Below are positions 35,741-47,432 of a DNA stretch of 64,000 nucleotides, piece after piece. This stretch comes from Narcine bancroftii (taxonomy: Eukaryota). The DNA lies in assembly GCF_036971445.1 (NCBI RefSeq), contig NC_091471.1:101618001-101682000 (forward strand). The letters run 5' to 3'. Numbering within the stretch: the first letter of the stretch is position 1; every line of letters starts with the position of its first letter. Both the position numbers and the translations under genes were made by a program. The notes beneath the pieces are model-generated. The model saw only the letters and a program-made list of their open reading frames with translations, did not search any database and had not been told where the DNA came from.

Positions 35741-38700
35741 TATAGCAGGTTGTGCACGAGCGCAGTGACAGACTGAGACAACAGGCTTGAGTAACACAAC
35801 TGCTTTACTTTGAAATCCGCATTGCAGCTTTTAAGCCTGTCTCTGGTCTCGCCCCCTGCATACCAGCACTTGCATAATTCGCCCTTCCAGTCTGGACTGG
35901 AAGAGACGGTCCCACAACACCATCTTTTCTGCGACTGCACCACTGACTGCGTGTAACAAGCAGGGCCAGTTCGCCGTTACAAACATGTGCGTTGCCACAC
36001 AATCCCTACCCCCACAGAACTGGTACCGATGGTCTTGCGATGCGTGGAGGGTGAGGACTGCTGTTTTGGCAGCTGACCCCTACGTACGAGTGGGGGGACC
36101 TGTGCTGGTTGGGACAAGTCAAGATAGGTTGGTTTCAAATGGTCTAGTGTGAATAACTTCTCCTTCCCTCCAATATCAAGAGGAAATGTGGACGCGTTTC
36201 TCTTGTAGGGCCCTTCATAAGGGCGCTGAAGGGGAGTTCTGTGCATGCCTCTTCACATGAATACATACTCACAGGAGGATGTCTGGGGGATTGTGGTAGT
36301 GTGGCTGATTGTGTCGTGATGGTGGTGCTTAGAGAGCTCGATCCATAGAACAGAGGTGAACTGCGCTCCTCGGTTGGTCATTATGTCTGCTGGGACACCA
36401 CAATAGGAGACACAGGCAGAGAGGAAAGACCTGGCGTACGTATTGATGGAGGCATCAGGGAGAGGAATGTCTTCTGGCCAACAAGTAAACCTGCCCACCA
36501 CTGTGCGCTGGCTTCAGTGGACAAACCTCTGTTGGGTGCGGATTTCCTGCGGGCACACTCCCTATCAGTGGACTTCCAGGACAGATGATTAGTTCACGCT
36601 GAGACGTGCCCCTTGGCACATCCAATGAGCCATCCACCCAGCTCACTTCCATGAAGACTCCACACGACTACAGACGCCTCAATGATGCAACGATGCCTAA
36701 CTGGTGACCAATGCCCAATCCCCCATAGCCAGGATTTTGCAGCAAGCCTCCATGGTGCAAAACTGTTCTCTAAAGTCGACCTGATCCAGGATACAGTCAG
36801 ATCCCATGCATCTGGATGATGTCCAAAACACTGCTATCATTGCTCCGTTTGGCCTGTTTGAGTTCCTTCGTATGTCATTTGGCTTGAAAAATGCAGCACA
36901 GACATTCCAGCGCCTCATGGATACAATCGGCAGAGACTTGCCTTTCCTTTTCACCTACCTCAACAACATCCTGGTAGCCAGCAGCATGCCCGCGAAGCAC
37001 ATGATACACCTGTGCCAGCCGTTCACCCACTTCACACAGTTCGGCCTCACCACTAACCTGGAGAAGTGCCAGTTTGGCCTCACTGAAATAGACTTGCTGG
37101 GCCGCAAAATCACCAAAGATGGTGCCACCCCTCTACCCAACAAGTGGAAGTCATACGACAGTTCACCAGGCCAATGACACTGAAGGGTCAACAAGAGTTC
37201 ATGGGTGTGGTGAATTTTTACAACAGATTGATCCCTGCGGCAGCCGAGATTATGCGGCCTCTTTTTGCCCTGGTGTTGGATTCAAAGAAGGAGCTCACAT
37301 GGATGGATGAGGCTCATGAACACTTTGAAGAAACCAAGGAGGCCCTGGCCCATACAACAATGCTAGTACACCCATGAATGGATGTACTGATGGCCCTCAC
37401 AGTCGATGCGTCAAACACAGCAGTAGGCGCTGTCCTAGAACAGTTTGTTAATGACTCATGGAGACCTCTCGCCTGTTTCAGTCACTATCTGTGACCGCTA
37501 AACTGAAGTACAGCGCGCTTGACAGAGCTGCTGGCCCGCTACCTGGCTGTGCACCATTCCCGCTGCTTCACTGTCTAAACGGATACAAACCACTCACTTT
37601 CGCCTTCTCAAAGTCCTCTGACCTATGGTCTGCCCATCAACAGAGGAACCTATCCTACATCTCTGAATTCACCACTGCCATTTGCCATCTCTCCATAAAA
37701 TGCGTCGTTGTCGCTGATGAACTCTCCAGACCAGTGGTCAATGCATTAGCGCGAGGCATCAACTACCGTGATCTGGTTCACGCCCATTATGTTGGGTAGG
37801 GGCTGGCGCCATCTTTGGTAATTTTGCGGCCCAGAAAGTCTATTTCCTCGAGGCTGAACTGGCACTTCTCCGGGTTAATGGTGAGGCCGAATTGTGTGAG
37901 GCGGGTGAGCAGCTGGCACAGGTGTGTCATGTACCCTTTGTGTTTGCTGCTGGCTACCAGGATGTCACTGAGGTAGATGAAAAGGAAAGGCAAGTCTCTG
38001 GCGACTGTATCCTTGAGATGCTGGAACGTCTGTGCCGTATTTTTCAAGCCAAATGGCATGTGAAGGAACTCGAAGAGGCCAAACAGAGTGATGTTAGCAG
38101 TCTTTTGGACATCATCTGGGTGCACGGGGATCTGATGATAGCCTGGATCAGGTTGACTTTAGAGAACATTTTTGCACCATGGAGCTTCACTGCAAAATCC
38201 TGGCTATGGGGAATTGGGCATTGGGCATCATTCGGGCATCATCGCATCATTGAGGCGTCTGTAGTCATGTGGAGTCTTCATGGAAGTGAGCTGGGTAGAT
38301 AGCTCATTGGATGTGCTGAGAGACATGTCTCAGCATGGACTAATCATTTGTCCTGGAGGTCCATTAGTAGGGATTGTGCCCGCAGGAAATCTGTGCTCAA
38401 CAGAGGTTTGTCCACTGAAGCCAGCATGAAAGAACAATTGAAGGTGGTCTCACATACAGGAATTCACTTCTAGCCAAAGGTTTTAATGGCAGTGTTGTTG
38501 GCAGTGCGCAGGGATGGGCCATGGGGTCTCGTGCATGTGTCGTGTGCCGTAGGGAGTATGACACTTATCTCTGCCATGAGGAACCTGTGGCCTCAGATCC
38601 TGTCCCAGAAGTAAAGAAGGCTGTTTTGTCAGACAGCCACCACAGCCAGTAACAGCGGCTGGCCCCATTGTTTCCCAGAAATGAGCATGGCTGGCGGCAT

Positions 38701-39672
38701 CTGTGAGCTGATGTCACCCAATGCTGAAGGTGGAAGCACCATTTTGGGTCAGACCTTTCTGTTTTCTGGTGGGGTGAGGCCTGTTCACATGGGAGACTAA
38801 ACTTGGATGTTGTCCTCGGCAGCAGCCATGTAACGTTGTTAACTGAGTCTATGGCCTCACACTTGGAATGGTAGAGAATGTCTTCTCGTGCCACAACCTT
38901 GCACAAGTCACTGAAATCCGTGTCAGCCAATAGGAGTCTGATGTCTTTGGGCATTTGCTCAAGGAACATCTGCATGAACATGAGGCATTTTACCCTTCTG
39001 CCAGTGTGAGCATTTTGTCCATGGGTGCGAACAGTGTCCCATTGCCTAGACCATCCAAATGAAGAAGACTGGCGGCTCTCTCATATCATGAGAGGCCTTA
39101 CATGCTAATGAGGGTTCTAAGAGCCATGTATTTGCCTTCTTCTGGCAGTGTCTGAATGAGGTAATCGACTCATGAGGCGGCATCCTGTTCAAGTGAACTG
39201 ATGACGTAGAAGTATCTCGTCGAATCGGAGGTTATCTGTTTGATCTGGAACCGAGGCTCCGCTTGGCCAAACCAAGTGTGGAGCCTGTTCGTCCAGAATA
39301 TTGGCAACTTTAATGCAATGGTGCCTATGGCTGCTGGTTCCATTGTGTTGAGTCTTCAGGACGTGGAGACTCACTGTGGTCACCAGTGTAGTGGGTTGTG
39401 CGTGAGCACAGCGAAAAGACTGAGACAACAGGCTGAGAACTTGAGTAACACAACTGCTTTAATTTGAATTTCATGCTGCAGCCTTTAAGCCCATCTCTGG
39501 TCCTGCCTCCTCGTGCTCCGGCACTTGCATCATGATGGCGCAAGCGTGCACATGCCATTCCAGTCTGGACCAGAAGAGACAGTCCTATGATGCCATCTTT
39601 GCCGCGGCTGCCTCGCTGACCGCACATGACAAGCGGGACCGGTTTGCCATTACAAACATGTGTATCGCCACA
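35741..39672 (-). mobile_element. CsRN1-like Gypsy, both LTRs present, deleted and internally rearranged
   Basis: LTRs 35741-35999 and 39387-39672; PBS TGGTGACC (tRNA-Trp-type) at 39378-39385; gag KLPIFW..WFGQAE; integrase LQRPYEGPY; flanks AGAT / AAAT. Confidence 0.88.
36507..38425. repeat. Long inverted duplication of PR-RT sequence (arms 36507-37142 and 37790-38425)
   Basis: ORFs 36806-37177 (+) and 37787-38125 (-) encode the same RT segment; the nucleotide arms align end to end. Confidence 0.9.
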
Positions 39673-40014
39673 AAATAATACTTATCCTGTATATGCACTA
39701 TTTGCCTGTATGTGTGTTATGTCTAGATGTGTGTCTGTATGTTTTGCACTGAGGACCGGATAACTAGTACAATCAGATGACAATAAATTTGACTTGACTA
39801 GTGCAGACTTAGATGGTTCTTTAGCGTGCTCTCAAACCTAGTCCTTACCTTGTCAGTAGGGTCATGTGTGAAGGAGGAGCAGAGGCAGAGGAAGGCAAGA
39901 TTGTGCAATAGGTTGTTTTAATTTTCCCAGTGGCAAGGAGCTACACTGGTTCCAGAAAAATCCTTAGGTGTCTCCTGTCTGAAGTTTCCCTCCACCAATC
40001 CTAACTAAGGTAAT

Positions 40015-40270
40015 ATGGCCGTTAGCATAATCATTAGCGCAATACTCCTACAGTGCCAGCGATTGGGACCAGGGTTCGAATCCCACACTGTCTGTAAGGA
40101 GTTTGTATTTTCTCCCCATGTCTGCATGGATTTTCTTTTCCTGGGAGCTCCAGTTTCTTCCCACCCTTCAACATGTTCCAGGCGTGTAGGTCAATTGGGT
40201 GTAATTGGGCAGCATGGGCTCATGGGCTTGTTACCATGCTGTATGTCTAAATTTAAATTTAAAATTTAAA
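40015..40270 (+). mobile_element. tRNA-derived SINE (near full length)
   Basis: B-box GGTTCGAATCC, shared body CTGTCTGTAAGGAGTTTGTA, (AAATTT)n tail. Confidence 0.8.
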
Positions 40271-43216
40271 GTATCTGTGAAAACTCTGGTATCTCATTTG
40301 TCCTGCTCTTCCATTGCAGCTTTGGAGTGATGGGTGGAATCATACCGTGCTGTATATCTAAATGTAAACATTTTAAAAATGTAATAGAAGTAGGGAATCT
40401 GAGACTCTGGGCTGAGTAATGTGCTCCAGCATGCTGAATCTATATTAATCTTGTTTGCCAAACTAAAACCAGGACTTAAGATTTCAGCTCAAATTCAGTT
40501 TTTCCAAATGATCCTTGTCAAGCTGTATCAGCTTCTTACCCTTACAATTTATCAAAGTTGTAGAGAAAAAAAATCCGAAGAAGCTTGGTATTGACATTAA
40601 GCCTTTGGGCCAATAAAGATAAGGTGAAGAGTGCAGAGAACAAGTGATGTTCAGAAGACATTCTTGTTTTGGAATTGTTGATTTAAGCCTCCACTATTTA
40701 TTTTACAGCTTCCTATCATTTACCATCCTTTCCTAGTGACCACACTCCTGCTGTGTGTACCTCCCTGAAACCCTTACAGTTGCCGCAGAATATGCGATCA
40801 TTTAAAGAGTAGTGGGCTCTCACTGCAACCAAACATAGCAAGTGAAATTAACTGCAGACATGGTATGTTTCAATAATGATGAACCAGCAAGTTAAGATGT
40901 GCTGATCACCAGTACTGGAATTTTTAAAACATGTCAATTCTATTTAATAATTCTGATACAACATTTTCCATATCCACTCATCTTTCAGAACAATTTTTAT
41001 TTTAAAAAATGTTTTTTAAATTATTAAGAATAATATAAAAAACATTACCTGAAAAATACAATAACAAATCATCAAACAACCCTCCCTCCCACCACCACCC
41101 CACCCCCCTTCAGCCATCCCCGCAAGAGGAGCCACAAAAAAATCATTTTACAAATTATTACAAACATGAAAAATCAACATAACATTTTAGGATATTTCTA
41201 AACCAATATATTCTAGATAAGGTGACCACATTTGAACAAAAAATAATAATTATCATGTAAATTATATATTATTTTTTCCATATAAATACAAGATCTCAAT
41301 TCATTATGCCAATGAGTTATATTAATTTCCACATTATCTTTCCAGGTAATTGCTACACATTTCCATGCCACTGATAAGGCTAAACGAACAAAAGCAATCT
41401 GAAACGTGTCCAACCCAAAACCAGTCAAAGAAACTGTGTAACCCAACAAAAAAATCTCTGGGTCTAACGGTAATTTAATTTTAAATAATTTCTCAAAAAG
41501 TATCCTTATTTTTTCCCAAAATGGTTGTACCTCATCACAAGACCATTCTATGTGAAAAAGGTTCCAATATTCAACCCACATCTAAAACACAAATCTGAAT
41601 CACTAAATCCATATTTTTTCAATTTCTTAGGAGTCTAATATGATTGATGCAGAAAATTATAATTAACCAAATCCTACCTTACATTAATCAGTTTAGTTAC
41701 TCCTTCACAACACATAACCTCCCAGTCTTCCTGGGGTATATCATAAGATAAATCACTTTCCCATTTATTTCTAGATCTCTCCAAATTCAGCTTATCCATA
41801 CTCTCTAATAACAACCTATACATATCTGAAATAAATATGAAGCAAAAGAAATCAAAGATTCAAACTTCGTTAACTCAGGTAAACTCATATCCTTTCCATA
41901 ATTATCCCTTATCAAAGCTCGAAGTTGATAATACACAAATAAAGAATTTACAGGTATTCCATATTTTTCCCTCAAATGGTTAAAAGAAAGAAACTGTCCC
42001 TCTTCAAAACAATCCTGAATCACTTCTATCCCATCAGAATGCCATACCTTTAAATATATATTAAACATTGAAAAAGAAATAAGTTGACTTGGATATAACA
42101 GAGATTGAATTGATAATCTCCCCTTCGTGCCTATAACAGCATTTCTATTAATCCATATCTTTAATAAATTCTCTAACACTGGCATATTATATCCCTGCAA
42201 TAAAGGCAAATTCCATTTATAAACTGATGAACTTCAGATTCAGAAATACAGGCTAAATCCACCTTAGCCCAACTAGGGGGCTGTTTAACATCCATCATTC
42301 TATTAAAAAACTTTAACTGTGCAGCCTCATAATAATTTTGAAAATGAGGCAACTGAAGACCTCCTTCATGTCATCTTCTGCAAAGCTACTCACGTTAATT
42401 TTCACTTCCATAAAAATTTCCTCACCACCATATTCAATTCCTGAAAAAACCTCTTTGAAATAAAATATGGAATTGACTGAAATAAATACTGAATATGTGA
42501 GAAAATGTTCATTTTAATACAGTTTACTCAACCTACTAATGTTAATGGCAGATCCTTCCATTTAACCAAATCCATTTTAATCTTTTTCAATAACGGCACA
42601 TAATTTAATTTATATAAAGATTGATAATCCACATCCACAATTATTCCTAAATATTTAATTATATCAGACCATCTTAATTTTATATGTTTACATGCTTCAT
42701 AATTCCCCTTCAAAACTGGCAATATTTCACTCTTGTTCCAATTTATCTTATACCCGGATAACACACTAAATTGAATCAAACATTCTTGTAAGAATCTCAA
42801 AGAATGTTCCAGATGTGTCAAATAAATCAATATATCATCAGCAAATAAATTAATCTTATATCTGTCACATTTGTGGCCCGAAATGTGAAGTTAATAAAAC
42901 ATTAAACACTAGTTTATTAGGTAAACTTCTCCGTGGCTTTTTATTCTCCCGTTTCCTTTGTTCTCTTTCTTGTGTTCTTATCTCTCTCTCATACCACGTG
43001 ACTTCTGGTACATCTCATACATATTCATTATCATGACATCCCTCCTTTAATCAGAAATAAACTTTACCTTCACTTACCAATATCCCTCGGAAACATACAA
43101 ACATCGTAACTAATGGTAATACTATAACTCAACTACATAAAATTTACTTCCTACAGCACTCATACATGCACTTTATGATATAAGATTAAAATACTGTCCC
43201 AAAGTTCTTATTAAAA

Positions 43217-46200
43217 TTATGGCACAAAGTCTTCGTATCGTTTGGGCGCTTTCCGGTTTCGTTTCGGCCTGCCTGCGATATTGTCGTCGCTTCTTGGTTG
43301 TTCACTCTCAGCGTCGGCAATACTGCTCGCCACGGCTTCGGGTGTTTCTGGCGCTCTAGTCACTTCATCAGGAGTGCTGGTAACTGCCTCTGGAACATCA
43401 TCAGGTCTCTCAGTTTCAGCATCTCGTATTGGCCTTTCAACCTCTTCACTCGATATATCTCTGGACTGGTACCTTTTTACACCTGATACATTTCTCTTAT
43501 ATAGGACTCCAGTCGGAGACTTGACTGTCACCATACTGCCACTTCTGGATACGACAGTATAGGGTTGATGGTAATAAGGTGTGTCTAGCTTACCACCAGT
43601 TTCATGCCTCACTAGAACATTATCTCCTGGCATGATGTCTGAGTACTTGGCTCCACGTTTCGAATCTGTGTACAGCTTTGCTGCACCTTTCTTTTCAGCA
43701 TCGTGGTCCCTCATCACCTGGTCGTCTCAGATTTCCTTTATTTCTGGCATTTTTGTGCGGATTTTTCTCCCAAAAAATGCTTCTGCAGGACTTTTTCCAG
43801 TGGTTGCATGAGGCGTTGCTCGATAGACAGCCACATAAGATAGCAATGCTTCTCGCCAATTTTGTCCTTCTGCGTGTGCAATCCTCAATCGTTTTTCAAT
43901 GGACTGATTTTGTCTCTCTACTTCTCCGTTGGCTTGCGGCCATTTCGGAGTTACTTTATGATGGTGGGATACCTGTGGTCCTCATGTATTCTGCAAATGT
44001 CTCTGAAATGAATTGTGGACCATTGTCAGAGTATAATGTAACAGGTAATCCATATCTTGCGAATATCTCTGCTAACGCTTGTATTGTTTTTTCAGTGGTT
44101 GTGGACTTCAACACCATGTACTCATAGTATCTGCTGTAGTAATCTATCACTACCATAATTGATTCACCCGTCGGTAAAGGTCCAAGAAAATCAACAGCTA
44201 CGTCGATCCATGGTCCTGTCGGAAGTTGCGTACTCCGGATCGGTTCTGGCGGATTACTCCTACTTGTGATTTGACATCCGTGACAAGTTTTAACAAATTT
44301 CTCTGCGTCTTTATCACAACCTGGCCACCATACTTTGGTCCTGAGGTTTTGCTTGGTACCAACAATACCTAGGTGTCCTTCATGCGCTAAGGATACGATC
44401 TTCGGTCTCAATCTTTGCGGAATCACCAATCTGCAACCTCTTAATACACACTGTCCGATGCAACAAAGTTCGTCTCTAATGGGAATGTAAGCCTTGTGAG
44501 TACACTTGTCCCATTGTCCACTCTGTATGCATTCTCTTACTTCCATGAGTTCTGGATCACGTTCGGATTCTCTCTCGACTTCCTTCGTAGTCACAGCTTT
44601 CGGTGTCGCCTGAATAGCTACGAAGCGTACAAAGCTCTCTGTTTCTGTTCCCAATTCTGACTTGGATTGTGGACATCCATCCTTCACCAATCTGGACAGC
44701 GGATCAGCAATGTTTGCTTTCCCTGCTATGTGGATTACTTTATATTTGTAGGGTAGTAGTCTGAGTACCCATCTCTCTATTCTGGCACATGGTTTGGATC
44801 TAGGTGCATAGATCACCTCTAATGGCTTATGATCTGTGATGAGTTCAAATTCAATGCCGTATAAATATGCATGGAACCTCTCACAGGCCCATAGAAGTCC
44901 GAGTACTTTCTCTGTCTGAGAGTATCTTCTTTCCACATCTGATAACGATCTGCTGGCATAGGCAATGATTCTTGGTCCTCCATCATGCATCTGGACCAAC
45001 ACGGCTCCTAAACCAACCGGTCTGGCATCCGCTATGACTTTGGTTGATGCCGCCGGATCGTAATATCCAAGAGTTTTTGCATCTGTCAGGCTTTGCTTCA
45101 GCGCTGTGAACGCTTTCTTCTGCTCAGATCCAAAATGAAATGGTACACCTTTCCCGGTTAGTTTCCTTAGTGGTTCTGCCACTGTAGCGAAATTAGGAAT
45201 GAACTTTGCACAAAAATTGACCAATCCTAGGAAACTCCTCACCTCTGTTGCGTTCTGAGGTGCACGTGCCTCTGCAATAGCTTTCACCTTGGCCTCTGCA
45301 GGGTTTAGTCCTTCCCGTGTAAGTCTGTGTCCCATGAAGTCCATTTCTGACACACCGAACTGGCACTTGTTTCCATTCACGGTAAGGCCTGCCTCCTGTA
45401 GTCTAAATAGTACACGCCTTAACCGTTTGTCATGCTCTTCCTTCGTTGGTGATTGGACTATGATGTCGTCAGAAATGTTGGCAACTCCAGGAATGCCTTG
45501 AATCACTCGATGGACTTCATACTGATAGATCTCCGAAGCTGCATTAATTCCAAATGATAGTCTCTTGTAACGATACAATCCACAGTGAGTCACAAATGTT
45601 GTTACATCTCGGGAACCTGGATCCAGCTCTAATTGATAATAGCCCCATTTCAGATCAATTTTTGAGAATACCTTGCTGGTAATTAGTTCTTGAAGTATTT
45701 CCTCCACTGTTGGTATAGGGTGTCGTTCTCTAATTATAGCTTCATTGGCCATTCTCATGTCAATACATAGTCTTATGTCACCCTTTGGTTTGGGCACAAT
45801 CACTATGGGACTGACCCATTGTGTCGAATGTTCCACCGGTTCAATAATGTCTTGTTCGATCAATTTTTTAATTTTGGCTTCGACTTTCCCACGAAGTCCA
45901 AACGGAGTTCGGCGCATTGGTTGTGCCTTGGGTTTGACCGTTTCATCTACCGCTAGCTTCAATTGTCGACCTTTCAGCTTTCCTACTCCTTGAAAGACTG
46001 CGGGGAATTCTTGCTTCATATCCTTGTATGACTGAATTGAATTGACACAAGCTCCAATATGAAGTATTGCCAGGTCTTGCGCTGTGCTTCTACTCAGCAA
46101 TGGTTCTCCCCTCTCTTCTATGACCATAAACTCTGCTTCGGTGTACTTATCTCCAGCTTCAACAGTTGCAGTAATGGTCTGCAATGGCTTTGTTGCTGTG

Positions 46201-47324
46201 CATGGATACAGTTTCTTGGAACACTTCTTTGAGGTACAGATGATCTTTTTCCTTTTCAACTTCTCCCATAAATGTCGATCAATCACATTACTGTCACTGC
46301 CTGAGTCTACAATGACCTGCACTGTCACTCCACCAATAATCACTGGGACCTTCTCATGATGTACTTCATTCAATGTAAATTGGTAACAACTCTGTTCCTC
46401 CTGGGTATCATCATCGTCACCGTCTATCTGGCGAATGGTATCTTTCTTTCCAGGATACTTTCCTTTCCCCCAGGCTTTGCCTTTGGAAGTTGTACTCTTC
46501 CTCTTCTGGTCTGCATTGGACTTGCTTTTGCACTTCTTTGCAAAATGGTCCTTACCTCCACACTTTCTGCAAACTTTGCCTTTGGCCGGGCAATATGGGT
46601 CTTTTCCAAAGTGACCTCGGTTTCCACATCGATAACACTCCACATCCTGTGTCGACGAATATCTTGGCTGATTATGGCGATGTGAGAGCCTCTTAATTTG
46701 CTGGCTTGAGTTGTCTTTCAGGGTCATGGTATGAAATTGCCCTTCAACAGCCTCTAATGCAGGAGCAATGGTTAAAGCATCGGTGAGTTCCAACTCACTC
46801 CCTCTTTCCAGTAGACGTCTTCTGAGTTTATCTGATCTGCAGTGCTGTACGACTTGATCCAATAATTGGTTGTCCAAATCAGCTGCCATGTAATTGCATC
46901 CAACAGCTAGCTAGCGTAGTCTCGTCACGTACTGAGCAATTGTCTGGCCATCTTCTTGTCTCCTTCTCCGAAACAAATGGCGTTGAAATGTAGCATTCGG
47001 TGTCACTACATAGTGTGCATTTAATGCATCTACCGCTTTCCGGTACTCATCCTTTCTTCCAGTATTCAAAAGTGTCTTAAATGTTTCCCGAACTGAGGGT
47101 CCTGCAGTGAAAAGAAGTAACGCCCTTCTCTGCGCTTATTGTTCAACTGTACCGGTATGTAGAAATAGGCCACGACTGTCGGCGTAGGATTCAAATTCTT
47201 CCAGCCATGCCTTCCACTTCACACTTACAGTGCTTGCATCACCAGTTGGGTCAAAATGAGCAATTCCACTATGTGTTAGAAAGTCACTGTCTGCCCCAGC
47301 CATGAGGAAATATTCCAGCCCCAA
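43217..47324 (-). pseudogene. Single-frame gag-pol (two CCHC knuckles, PR, RT, RH, IN) with about three stops and one frameshift
   Basis: CYRCGNRGH...C and CRKCGGKDH...C; IVDSGSD; NISDDIIV; TDHKPL; HEGHLG...CHGC; VAVDF / YSDNG. Stops near 47136, 46912 and 43728; frameshift near 43960. Confidence 0.93.
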
Positions 47325-47418
47325 AAGTACTGAGTCACAGAGAACATTCTTATCACCTTGAAGTTGTCTGTAACCCTCTGTAATCTTGTTTAGTCTTTAA
47401 TTTTCTTCAAGCTTCTTT

Positions 47419-47432
47419 CATCCTCGTCACCA
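47419..47432 (-). promoter_or_regulatory. Primer-binding site complementary to tRNA-Ser(GCU) 3' end
   Basis: Plus CATCCTCGTCACCA versus the recalled vertebrate tRNA-Ser(GCU) end CATCCTCGTCGCCA (one G-U wobble), one base from the LTR. Confidence 0.8.

Larger units (their letters stand above)
33590..39800 (+). mobile_element. Rex1/Babar-like LINE broken by two LTR insertions (pieces 33590-34430, 35428-35740, 39677-39800)
   Basis: [35 protein letters not shown]; the 3' UTR rejoins across the insertions and ends in (GACTT)n. Confidence 0.8.

Noticed and set aside
40015-40090. tRNA-like A/B boxes suggesting a tRNA gene
   Set aside because: Continues into the shared SINE body and tail; no intact cloverleaf.
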